From a virus (taxonomy: Duplodnaviria > Caudoviricetes), in IMG/VR virus record IMGVR_UViG_3300022902_000054, positions 1-30,654 of that record: DNA of 30,654 nt. One strand, 5' to 3'. A program made the translations under genes and the position numbers. The notes under the pieces were generated by a model. That model saw nothing but the letters and a program-made list of their open reading frames with translations. It did not search any database and was not told the origin of the DNA. Of this stretch, positions 16,509-25,728 are shown one piece after another (within the stretch, counting starts at the first letter, position 1; each line of letters opens with the position of its first letter).

Positions 16509-16901
16509 ATGAAGTTACAAATGTCAAGGGAAACGTACAAGGCAAGATGGGTTAAGTATGAAGATTGCGAATTGTTTTTAAGACCTTATCCGATAGGCAG
16601 GAACGATTTTATCATGTCGGTAGATCAGTCTTTAACAGTTCCAGGGGAACAGCGTAAAAGCATTTTTATGTACTCTGTTGAGAACTGGCGAAAGATTGTT
16701 GATAGCAATGACAAAGAATTAAAATGCACAAAAGAAACAAAAGAAAGGGTCTTTGATTATAATTTGGGTGGTATTGCCGGTTTTGTGTATTCATGGAATG
16801 TCGGGTTTGAGTCTATTATTAAAGGCGAACTTGAAAATTTGCAGCATGGGCAGGATGGAAGTTCGGCAAAGGAAGTTCATCTTGCCGAAAATGTAGAATA
16901 G
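16509..16901 (+). CDS. Tail assembly chaperone (gpG-like)
   Basis: Between the tube genes and tape measure; slippery heptamer near the 3' end. Confidence 0.8.
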   Translation: MKLQMSRETYKARWVKYEDCELFLRPYPIGRNDFIMSVDQSLTVPGEQRKSIFMYSVENWRKIVDSNDKELKCTKETKERVFDYNLGGIAGFVYSWNVGFESIIKGELENLQHGQDGSSAKEVHLAENVE

Positions 16902-17179
16902 CGGTTAAAGACGGTTTTGTAAAAGTTAAGTGCAAGGGTGAACCGTATGTTAAAAAGTGTAAAAGGGGGGTGGTGGAATTTCTGGACGAATCGAATTCTG
17001 ACTTCTATTATTTATTTGGCAAGATTTTGCCAGGGTTCCACCACCCTTCAAGCGGTTTCAATATGACACTGATTACAAATATTTTAAACGACTTTCAAAT
17101 TGAAGCAGATCAACGTCCCTTGTTTTGGGAAAAAATCAATATCGTTATACTGAAGATAAAAGAGATTCAAAATGGCTAA
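16835..17179 (+). CDS. gpT-like -1 frame extension giving a G-T fusion
   Basis: A AAT TTG at 16835-16841; -1 frame open from 16835 (after TGA 16832-16834) through the 16970-17179 ORF. Confidence 0.8.
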   Translation, partial: KFAAWAGWKFGKGSSSCRKCRIAVKDGFVKVKCKGEPYVKKCKRGVVEFLDESNSDFYYLFGKILPGFHHPSSGFNMTLITNILNDFQIEADQRPLFWEKINIVILKIKEIQNG

Positions 17180-20100
17180 GACATTAAAATTAGAATTAGT
17201 TGTTGATGATAAAGGTTCTTTAAAGGTTAAGAAGTTTGGTGATAATATAGACAAGAGTACCACTAAAGCTTCAAAGGGCATGAAAAGCCTTGCTCTTGAC
17301 ACGGCAAGCGTTAAAAAAGCCCTTGGCATAACGTCAGTTGCTTTGGTTGCTTTTGGTACTACTGCTGCAGTTGGGATGGGCAAAGCCATAAAAGCAGCAA
17401 GTGACCTGGAAGAAACAACAGGTAAATTCAATGTTGTTTTTGAAAGCAATAGAAAAGAAGCTGAAAAAATGGCAAAAGTCCTTGTTGATTCTTATGCAAT
17501 GTCAACAAAGGAATCAAAACTTTATCTTTCCAGTATTCAAGACTTATTGGTTCCAATGGGCATGGCTTCCGATGAAGCCCTTAAAATGTCAAATGAAGTT
17601 GTAAAGCTTGCTGCTGATTTGGGGTCATTTAATAATTTGCCAACGGCAACGGTAATGCTTGATATTCAGAGTGCTTTGGTTGGTAACTTTGAAACCATGA
17701 AAAAATACGGGGTCGTTTTAAACGAAACTGTAATAAAGCAAGCTGCTTTGGACATGGGTCTTTGGAACGGTAAAGGTATGGTGGATGCTAACACTAAAGC
17801 CTGGGTTGCATTTAAACTTATCTTAAAAGGTTCTGCTGCTGCAATTGGGGATCAAAAGAGAACAATGGGTTCTTTTGCCAACCAGATGAAGCAGTTGAAA
17901 GCTAATATCGAAGACATTTCTGCTGCTATCGGGGTCAAGCTTTTACCTGAAGTAACTGAATGGGTCTTTCAGACCAATGAAATGATAAAACAGAATCCAA
18001 CTGTTATAGATCAGCTTGGAGAATTTTCTAAGAATCTTTTGGTTGTCGGGACATCTTTGATTAAAGCCGGTGGGTTCAGTGTTAAATTCTTTAATGCGAT
18101 GGTTGATATTTCCAAAGCAATGGGTCTTGCTTCAACCGGTCTTATAAGTTGGAAAACTGCGATACTGGATGGTGTTTCTACTGTTAAGCTTTTTGAAACT
18201 GACTTGGGGTTTTTAGAATTACAGGCTACAAAATTAAGAGATGAGATAGAAGAACTTGATAAGAGGTATGAAAAAACTTTTGGATCAGCAGCAAAAAAAA
18301 GAGTCTTGGATAACCTTCAGGAATCAACCAAAGCTTTAAAAGATACCGAAGCACGAATAAAAGATTTAACGTCAACCACTGAAGCATTAAGCTTGGCACA
18401 AGATGATTCTTATTTAGATTTTGGCAAATGGTCGGATGGTATTAAAGATGCTTCAAAAGATATCATACAACTTACTGATGATGAAAAAGCGTTAATAAAA
18501 TTTGAAAAAGATAAACTTGATGAACGTGTTTTAAACTGGAAAAAGAATCATGAAGACATTTATAAAGTTGTCCAGGGATTAAGTAAGGTTGTAGGCAACG
18601 AAACAATTTTAGCGATTGCAGAAGAAAAAAAGTTACTTGAAAAAAAGGCAGCAGATTTTAAATTAATCCATGAAGCTTCTTATAAGGTTACAAAAGACTT
18701 ATCTAACCTTACAATAATAGATCAAGAAAAAGTTAATGCTGCTGTAATCAAAGGGCAAAAAGATATGCTCTTGGCAACAGGAACTTTCTTTGATGGTTTT
18801 AAAATCGGCATGAGTGATGCCCAAAAGCAGACTACCACTTGGGCAGAGCATGGTCAAAAAATGGCAGATACTATTTCCAGTGGAATGAGCAAGGCGTTTT
18901 CTGATTCTTTCTTTGCTATTATAAAAGGGGATTTTAAAGACATAGGGGATGCCTGGGAAACCCTTTTAAATAGTATGCTCAAAAACTTTACTGATATTTT
19001 GGGTCAGATGGCTACAGAATGGGCGTTAAAACAAATCTTTGGGTCCAATGGTTCAGGGGGTTTGATCGGAAGCCTTACCGGTGGATTGACAGGGGGAAGC
19101 GGTAGTGGTGGAGGTTTAAGTGGTTTAATTAAGTCTTTGCTTGGTGGTGGCAGTACTTCTGGTGCTGCAGCAAGTGCTGCAATTGCTGGCAACACAGCTT
19201 ATAGTCTTGAAATAGGAAACGCCGGGATTATCGGTGGTGGGGGTTGGGGGGCTGGTGCAAGTGCTTCAGCTTCAGGATCAGGTTTCTTGTCAAGCGGTCT
19301 GGCTTCCGGTTTAGCAACGGCAGGGTTTACAGCTTTCGCCGGTTGGGTTATGAAAGGAATCCTTGAAGGGTTCCAGGCTCCTGGATGGTCAGAACTTCCT
19401 GCTATTGGGTTTGGTAAAAAAGGGTTCACATATCCAAAAGCGGTCGGGACAACTATTTATTCAGACGAATTCGGATTTGTTGCCGGGGCTGGTAACCTTG
19501 GTCTTGCTCCTGAAAAAGAAAACCAGATAACTCAGATGGTAGTTGATTATTTTGACGGGGTTTTTAATGAGCTTAACAAAATACCTGGGGTTGACTTAGC
19601 AAAGACCTTACCTGAAGCTTATTTTAAAAGTATCCAGGTTGATGAGAAGGGTCTTGATGTTGCTTTACAAAAATTATCTGATGAAGTCTTTGAAGATATA
19701 ATAGATGCTCTTTTATTGTCCCTTCATCCTGAAGCCGGTAGCACGATTGAAAAGCAAAAGAGAATGACCAGCTTATCAAATTCGGGGTTGTATGGTTTAG
19801 AGGCATACGAGGCAGGGGTTGTGCAGCAGGGAAGCCCTATTTATAAAGAGTTCGATCAAGAGGTAAGCAATCTTGCAGGGGCTTTAAATTTAGATTTCTT
19901 CAAGCAGTTGGGTGGTGGTAATGTCCTTGCTGGCATTTTGGGATACGCAAAAGAATGGGAAGCACTTCAAGTTGTGGGTGGTTCTGCTGGTGTTCCTTCG
20001 GGAAGTACCGGAGGTTCTACTGGAGGAAGCACAGGGGGTTCAACTGGAGGTAGTACAGGGGGTTCAAATGCTGGTCCTTCAGGTGGTGGTGCTGCAACAG

Positions 20101-20564
20101 TTGCAGGGACAGGATCAGGGGCAGCAAGCAATCAATTATCAAGCATCATTGCTAAATACGGAATCTCAGGAATGACATCTGCCCAAATCTCAAGCTCTTT
20201 AAACGCTTGGGATAACTCTACTATTTTCCAAAAGGCAGATTGGGCAGCATCAGCAGGGGTTCAACCGGCACAGGCAGCAGCAGATATAAAAACATTGCAG
20301 TCTTATGGATATTCAAAGGGTGGGCTTATAGACAGTCTTATTGCTCCTGCAGATGATGGGTTGGCTTCAGTTCAAATGGGTGAAGGTGTTGTGTCTAAAA
20401 AAGGGATGGCAGCACTGGAAAGAATTAATAAAGGGGAAACAGGATTCCATATAGGTTCTTTGGTAACGATAAACGGAACGCTTGTTGCTGATGAAGATGT
20501 TTTTAATGAGTTTGTTGATAAAATAGAAGATCGGTTAACTCAATTAAGTAGGTGGGGAAGATGA
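17172..20564 (+). CDS. Tail tape measure protein
   Basis: 1130 aa, helical Ala/Lys-rich, ASDLEE..KFNVVF..LAADLGSFNN motifs, Gly-rich hydrophobic segments, follows G/GT. Confidence 0.93.
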   Translation: MAKTLKLELVVDDKGSLKVKKFGDNIDKSTTKASKGMKSLALDTASVKKALGITSVALVAFGTTAAVGMGKAIKAASDLEETTGKFNVVFESNRKEAEKMAKVLVDSYAMSTKESKLYLSSIQDLLVPMGMASDEALKMSNEVVKLAADLGSFNNLPTATVMLDIQSALVGNFETMKKYGVVLNETVIKQAALDMGLWNGKGMVDANTKAWVAFKLILKGSAAAIGDQKRTMGSFANQMKQLKANIEDISAAIGVKLLPEVTEWVFQTNEMIKQNPTVIDQLGEFSKNLLVVGTSLIKAGGFSVKFFNAMVDISKAMGLASTGLISWKTAILDGVSTVKLFETDLGFLELQATKLRDEIEELDKRYEKTFGSAAKKRVLDNLQESTKALKDTEARIKDLTSTTEALSLAQDDSYLDFGKWSDGIKDASKDIIQLTDDEKALIKFEKDKLDERVLNWKKNHEDIYKVVQGLSKVVGNETILAIAEEKKLLEKKAADFKLIHEASYKVTKDLSNLTIIDQEKVNAAVIKGQKDMLLATGTFFDGFKIGMSDAQKQTTTWAEHGQKMADTISSGMSKAFSDSFFAIIKGDFKDIGDAWETLLNSMLKNFTDILGQMATEWALKQIFGSNGSGGLIGSLTGGLTGGSGSGGGLSGLIKSLLGGGSTSGAAASAAIAGNTAYSLEIGNAGIIGGGGWGAGASASASGSGFLSSGLASGLATAGFTAFAGWVMKGILEGFQAPGWSELPAIGFGKKGFTYPKAVGTTIYSDEFGFVAGAGNLGLAPEKENQITQMVVDYFDGVFNELNKIPGVDLAKTLPEAYFKSIQVDEKGLDVALQKLSDEVFEDIIDALLLSLHPEAGSTIEKQKRMTSLSNSGLYGLEAYEAGVVQQGSPIYKEFDQEVSNLAGALNLDFFKQLGGGNVLAGILGYAKEWEALQVVGGSAGVPSGSTGGSTGGSTGGSTGGSTGGSNAGPSGGGAATVAGTGSGAASNQLSSIIAKYGISGMTSAQISSSLNAWDNSTIFQKADWAASAGVQPAQAAADIKTLQSYGYSKGGLIDSLIAPADDGLASVQMGEGVVSKKGMAALERINKGETGFHIGSLVTINGTLVADEDVFNEFVDKIEDRLTQLSRWGR
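20001..20066 (+). repeat. (GSTG)n peptide tandem repeat in the tape measure protein
   Basis: GSTGGSTGGSTGGSTGGSTGGS, 12-nt period with diversified synonymous codons. Confidence 0.85.
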
Positions 20565-21622
20565 CTTGTCGATTCTTATATAATAACTTAATATCTGAAA
20601 GTATGTTTACTGTTTCTTCTGTCAGGACAGGACTTGTATCTAACGCCTTAAAAGACGGATCTGGTTCTGCAACAATAACAACAGCCGGCAATTATTCCGG
20701 AACGACTGACCTTGAATATCTTGTTCAGATTGATTCTATTGCCGGTGGTGCTGAAGTGGGTCAGGCTACGTTTAAATGGTCGGATGGTGGGGGTTCGTTC
20801 GATGCTTCTGGTGTTACCACTGATTCATCTCCAATCACGCTTAATAATGGTGTTACGATAGCTTTTACTTCAGGGACGGGTGCAGACTTTGTTGTGGGTG
20901 ATAAGTGGTATTTTAAGGGCATAAACAATTTTTCTGCCGGTAAAATGGTTGATCTTAATCGGGACACAAGATACCGGAGTTCTGCTTTAGAAACACCGAA
21001 CACGATCTTAATTGATTTTGGAACGGCACAGGCTATTGATAGTTTTGTTATTTACGATCATAATTTTACCAGTGGGGTTACCTTGACTTTAGAGGGGAAC
21101 GCCACCGATGCCTGGGGTGGTCCTTCTTATAGTGAATCTGTTTCGTATGCTGCCGATAAAATCACTTTTTATCTTTCGTCTGCTCAAACTTACAGATACT
21201 TTAGATTAGAGGTAATAGATGCTGCAAACAGTGACGGGTATATCGAAATAGGAGAAATGTTTTTAGGGGCATATTTTGAACCGGCTCAGAACTTTTCTTT
21301 CGGGTCAGGCTCCAGGGGGACCAGGGCATTAATAGATAGGAACAAAAGTGCTTACGGTGTTGAGTTTAAACGCTTTTATAATTACCAGAAAATGTTTAAT
21401 TATGCTTTTGAGAACATAACAGACATTGCAGATTTTCAGACAATGTTTGATGCTTTGGGTTCACGGTCTGCCGGGACGGTTGATGCTTTATTTTTTAATG
21501 AGGACTCAGCATCTTTAGCGAACACTTGGCTTGTCAGGCTTGAGGACTTACCTTACAGTCTTTCTCAAAACACGGAACGGTCAACCGTTTTAAGAATGGA
21601 TGAGGTCTTAAAAAGTGTATAG
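20561..21622 (+). CDS. Distal tail (Dit)-position protein with discoidin/galactose-binding-like domain
   Basis: Directly after TMP (ATGA overlap); ILIDFG..YRYFRL..YIEIGEMFLG; carries an inserted TFKW module. Confidence 0.7.
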   Translation: MTCRFLYNNLISESMFTVSSVRTGLVSNALKDGSGSATITTAGNYSGTTDLEYLVQIDSIAGGAEVGQATFKWSDGGGSFDASGVTTDSSPITLNNGVTIAFTSGTGADFVVGDKWYFKGINNFSAGKMVDLNRDTRYRSSALETPNTILIDFGTAQAIDSFVIYDHNFTSGVTLTLEGNATDAWGGPSYSESVSYAADKITFYLSSAQTYRYFRLEVIDAANSDGYIEIGEMFLGAYFEPAQNFSFGSGSRGTRALIDRNKSAYGVEFKRFYNYQKMFNYAFENITDIADFQTMFDALGSRSAGTVDALFFNEDSASLANTWLVRLEDLPYSLSQNTERSTVLRMDEVLKSV

Positions 21623-23300
21623 GACCACTATAAATTTCCATGACAGGATAGAGAGAGGGGAAAAGCCTATTCCTTTTGTTTTGATAGAGACAGACATGGG
21701 AACCAGGGGTTATTCTGAAAGGCAGTTTTCTGATACCTGGGGGGAAACGAATCTTGCAGACGGTTCTGTAACGGCTGATGGATCAGAAACAGCAAACCCT
21801 GGGCTTGGCTTTTTAGAATACACGGCAAGGCTTCAATCTGTTTCAAGACCGACAAGGACTATTTCACCAAAGAAGTTAGGACTTTTAATCGGATACACTC
21901 AGAAACAGCAAGCGACTTTAAGGGTTAAACTTGCTAATTATGATCTATATTTTTCAAAGCTTATCGCAAAGGAACCATTTATAACAAAGACTCTTTCAGT
22001 TTATGTCGGGTTCTCTGATCTTCCTTTTTCCGAAAGTCTTTTAGTCTTTAAAGGGAATATTGAAAACTTATCTTTAGATCAGAAAGTAATGACCCTTGAG
22101 GTTGTAGAAACATCTTTGAATACTGGTGTATTATTTACGTTAAACAGGGCATCAAGATATACTAATCCTTTGAATACTAATGATAGACTTCCGATTGTAT
22201 ACGGAGATTTAACGGACGGGACCACCGGTAATTATATTATACCTTGTATAGACACTGTTAATTTCGTTTATTGCTTTGCAGACCATGCTGTTCTTTCGGT
22301 GGCGAACGGGAATTCTGTTTCGGTCTATGCAAATGATGTTCTTGTCGATCCTGGGCAATATGTCTTTGATGAATCAAACGATTATGAAAGCGAAGGGATT
22401 ATTGCCACAATAGATTTTACAGCAGATCAAACGAATAATGTTATTTCTATCAGGGGCAAAGGGAAGAATGACGGGGCAAGTTTAGTTGAAAACATAATTG
22501 ATATTCTTGACGATTTTATGACAGTCCATAATTCTTATACGAGTGCTGATTTTGACACGACAAAGAAAGCAGCAGCAAGTGACATATTTTTGACAAAAAG
22601 TTATAAAGCAGCAGGGGCAATTGTTGATGACGAAAAGCTTTGGAATATTCTTCAGGACATGATGGCTTCATTTTTAGGCTCAATTTATCTTAATAGCCAA
22701 GGACTTTTTGCTTTAGACATAGAAAGCGAACCGGCTATATCGAACACTGCTGCAACAGTATCACAAAAAGACTTTAATTTAATGAGTGTTGAGCAAGAGA
22801 AGATTAGCTTAGTCAATCAGATACCGGCAAGCTACGCCTATAATTATAATATGATCGAATTTAATTCTCATACAGATGATACCACTTATGCCGATCTTGT
22901 ATCTCAGTCAATTTACGGTGTTTCTACCACAACGAATTACTGGTTCAGGTGGTGCAGGGACACGACAAGCGTAAACGTCATGCAGGACATTATAACGAGT
23001 TTATACGGCAGACCAAAGTATCAGATTATAATTGAAGATTTAAGTTTAAAAAGAATTCATGCTGATGTTGGGGATTATTTAACGGTTTCGATAGATGAAG
23101 TCTTTGACGATTTTGGACGGGCGTATATTAATCAGTTTATGAAAATAGTATCAGTTCAACCGGACTTACAAAAACAAACCATTGTCTTTAGGTTAGTGGA
23201 AACTGATTCGTTTCTTTATGTTGCGTATATTGCAGATGGGACATATTTATCAGACGGTTCAATAACAGCAGGGGCAAACAGGGATTTAACGGAGTATTAG
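21615..23300 (+). CDS. Baseplate hub / tail tip protein
   Basis: Position; LPIVYGD motif; C-terminal xDVGDYLTV OB-like pattern. Confidence 0.7.
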   Translation: MYRTTINFHDRIERGEKPIPFVLIETDMGTRGYSERQFSDTWGETNLADGSVTADGSETANPGLGFLEYTARLQSVSRPTRTISPKKLGLLIGYTQKQQATLRVKLANYDLYFSKLIAKEPFITKTLSVYVGFSDLPFSESLLVFKGNIENLSLDQKVMTLEVVETSLNTGVLFTLNRASRYTNPLNTNDRLPIVYGDLTDGTTGNYIIPCIDTVNFVYCFADHAVLSVANGNSVSVYANDVLVDPGQYVFDESNDYESEGIIATIDFTADQTNNVISIRGKGKNDGASLVENIIDILDDFMTVHNSYTSADFDTTKKAAASDIFLTKSYKAAGAIVDDEKLWNILQDMMASFLGSIYLNSQGLFALDIESEPAISNTAATVSQKDFNLMSVEQEKISLVNQIPASYAYNYNMIEFNSHTDDTTYADLVSQSIYGVSTTTNYWFRWCRDTTSVNVMQDIITSLYGRPKYQIIIEDLSLKRIHADVGDYLTVSIDEVFDDFGRAYINQFMKIVSVQPDLQKQTIVFRLVETDSFLYVAYIADGTYLSDGSITAGANRDLTEY

Positions 23301-23309
23301 GGGGTTTAA

Positions 23310-24203
23310 ATGGCAGATCAGAGAATAATTTATACTGAAGAAATGGTTGGGGCTTCTCATCCAACAAAGGACGATACTTTAAACCGTCATGCTTTGATTG
23401 AACATGATAATGATGGGACGCATAAAGTTGTCAATACTGGATATGTTACGGTGGCTTCTCATGCAACCACAAGTGCGATATGGGCAGCAGCAGGGAACAC
23501 TATTAATTTTACCGGAACGGAAACAATAACAGACTTTCCTGCTGCAACAAAAGCCGGTTCTATACGGACTTTAATTTGTGCCGGTGCTTGTATTTTTACT
23601 CATGCAGGGAATATTACGGTTCAGGGTGGGGCAACTTATACTGCCAGTGCAAACGATGAAGTCCAGGTAACGGCAATCACAACAAGCACTTTTAAGATAA
23701 TGATAAAGAAACAAGCCGGTGCTGCTATACCTGGGGCGAATACTGACATCACTTCAATGACTGGCTTGGATGACGATGGGATTCCTTTAGCCAAAGTGGC
23801 TAATGCTGCAAGTGATGGAGCTAATAGTGACATCACTTCTTTAACAGGACTTACAAGTGCGGGAGCTTTACCAAGTCTTACTCCGGTTACAGACTCAGCA
23901 GCAAATTTCGCAGCTAACTTCACAGGGGCAAATCTTTACGGTGGAACATTCATTTGCAACGTAACCGGCACTTGTCAACTCCCGCTAATGGTAGCAGGAA
24001 TGAACTTCACCATTATAACACTCGGAGCAATAGAAGTTATCGTGGATACAAACGCCAATGACGGTTATCTTATGGACGGAACAACAAACGCTGAAGGTAA
24101 GAACCTAACGAACTTGTCAACTGCCGGAGATATAGCGGTCTTTCAATACTACACGGCAGATGATTGGCTTATCACAACTAATGGTTGGACCCCGGAGGCT
24201 TAA
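23310..24203 (+). CDS. Tail fibre/spike-like protein
   Basis: Thr/Ala/Gly-rich; EHDNDGTH and two GAN(S/T)DITS(L/M)TGL motifs typical of fibres. Confidence 0.75.
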   Translation: MADQRIIYTEEMVGASHPTKDDTLNRHALIEHDNDGTHKVVNTGYVTVASHATTSAIWAAAGNTINFTGTETITDFPAATKAGSIRTLICAGACIFTHAGNITVQGGATYTASANDEVQVTAITTSTFKIMIKKQAGAAIPGANTDITSMTGLDDDGIPLAKVANAASDGANSDITSLTGLTSAGALPSLTPVTDSAANFAANFTGANLYGGTFICNVTGTCQLPLMVAGMNFTIITLGAIEVIVDTNANDGYLMDGTTNAEGKNLTNLSTAGDIAVFQYYTADDWLITTNGWTPEA

Positions 24204-24206
24204 GCT

Positions 24207-24917
24207 ATGACTATTCAATTAGCTCATAAAGCGGTGTTGGCTCGTAAGAATGTTGCGGATGACCCTGTTGACATATTTGGTGATGGCTCTTGCTTTGCAG
24301 CTTATACGTTTGATGACACTATTGCGGAATATAAAGGTAGATACACAAATACTGCGTATAATACGCCAACATATACCACTGAAAATCTCGGCAAGGCTAT
24401 AAATTTTAATGGCACTAACCAATATGCTGTTTTAGATTTAAATGCTGCTGGAGAAGATTTTTATGCTATTAGTTTTTGGAGATATTCTAATCAAGCGTCA
24501 GGATATATCGAAACGGCTGAAGCTATAGATTCTGCTTCAGTAGGGTTCGCCCTTGCACCTGATGGCTCTGGATTTACTGGAGCATTTCCAAATGAGAAAA
24601 AAGCTATCGGTGACTCATACTCATCAACAACTCTGGTCAGTTATCAGACATGGCAACACATTGTTTATAATTGGGACGCTGGAAACTCAAGATATGATCT
24701 GTATGTAGATGGTACATTAGACGATAATTATGATTTAAGAGAAAATTCATCTATTGTATTAGCTAATGTATCAAGATACATTGTTTTAGGCACTTCAATG
24801 ACAACTTATCCAACACCAGTCTTATATTGGCCTTGTAAGTATGACCAATTAAGGGTTTTTAATCGTGTGTTGACAGGTGGGGAGATTACTACTTTATATA
24901 ATGAAGGTGCTTTATAA
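24207..24917 (+). CDS. LamG/concanavalin A-like domain protein (candidate receptor-binding protein)
   Basis: AAYTFD..GKAINFNG..ISFW..WQHIVY..LYVDG..DQLRVFNRVLTGGEITTLY LamG_3 pattern. Confidence 0.88.
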   Translation: MTIQLAHKAVLARKNVADDPVDIFGDGSCFAAYTFDDTIAEYKGRYTNTAYNTPTYTTENLGKAINFNGTNQYAVLDLNAAGEDFYAISFWRYSNQASGYIETAEAIDSASVGFALAPDGSGFTGAFPNEKKAIGDSYSSTTLVSYQTWQHIVYNWDAGNSRYDLYVDGTLDDNYDLRENSSIVLANVSRYIVLGTSMTTYPTPVLYWPCKYDQLRVFNRVLTGGEITTLYNEGAL

Positions 24918-25726
24918 TGACAACAATAAAACAAGCACTAATACAATACTACAGCTCAGGCACAGGTGGTCAGCAGTGGCTAAGTGGAAAGCTTGCAAGG
25001 GATATGCGTGATCCAGATCAGGGATGGCAAAAGAATATCCTGTTAAAAGCCATTGCCAAACTTTGTCTTTGGTATAATCCTCAAGCTGTCCATCCCGATA
25101 TGGTTGTTGAAATATGCAACTCAATCAAGATGCCCACAGTTGAAAAACTTCTTGTCCTGATGCAAGGGGCAGAGGATATAGGGTTTGATTTATCAGGCTT
25201 GTTTGAGTGGATGCATCCTGTCCTGACCAAAAGATATTTCACTGAGGTTATAGACTTCATTGAACTGAAACAATTCATCCACGACACAATACCAGGAACA
25301 TTCAGAGTTTTATTTGGTCCTGCCCAACACGAAAAGGATTTAGTTGAGATTGAAGATCAATTTAATATTCTGATCCCATACGATAAATTAGATTATGTAA
25401 TGGGAAAAGACCCTTCTCCCAGGCATTTATATATTGTTGACTCAACAGATTGTGATGATTTCTCAAGGCGGGGCAAGGTCTGGCTTGCAAATCAGCAGTT
25501 GGGAAACCTAACAATAGGGATTATAAAAGCTAATTTCTACTTCAATAATGGCTATAAAGGCGGTCACTCTTTCAGGATTGCAGTTTGTGTAAAATCTGAT
25601 GGGTCAAAGGTTATAAGATTCAGAGATAGCCAAAATACAGCAGTCAAGTGGGATTATGGTGAACCTGTTAATCTTCCCATAATCGGTGAAGTGGATCGAA
25701 TGGATATAATTAATATAGTGATGTGA
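24917..25726 (+). CDS. Papain/transglutaminase-like Cys protease domain protein (MOA agglutinin C-terminal-like)
   Basis: DCDDFS, GHSF, RFRDSQN fit a Cys-His-Asp triad; N-terminal ~100 aa unrecognised. Confidence 0.6.
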   Translation: MTTIKQALIQYYSSGTGGQQWLSGKLARDMRDPDQGWQKNILLKAIAKLCLWYNPQAVHPDMVVEICNSIKMPTVEKLLVLMQGAEDIGFDLSGLFEWMHPVLTKRYFTEVIDFIELKQFIHDTIPGTFRVLFGPAQHEKDLVEIEDQFNILIPYDKLDYVMGKDPSPRHLYIVDSTDCDDFSRRGKVWLANQQLGNLTIGIIKANFYFNNGYKGGHSFRIAVCVKSDGSKVIRFRDSQNTAVKWDYGEPVNLPIIGEVDRMDIINIVM

Positions 25727-25728
25727 TT

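Noticed and set aside
1639-20175. Short alternative-frame + strand ORFs nested in large genes (1639, 4997, 6533, 8259, 14542, 15638, 17401, 19912)
   Set aside because: No motifs or convincing RBS; 15638-15970 was considered as a frameshift extension of a tube gene but I found no slippery site linking it
23310-24917. Diversity-generating retroelement target in the fibre or LamG gene
   Set aside because: No reverse transcriptase and no TR/VR pair differing at adenines seen in the window
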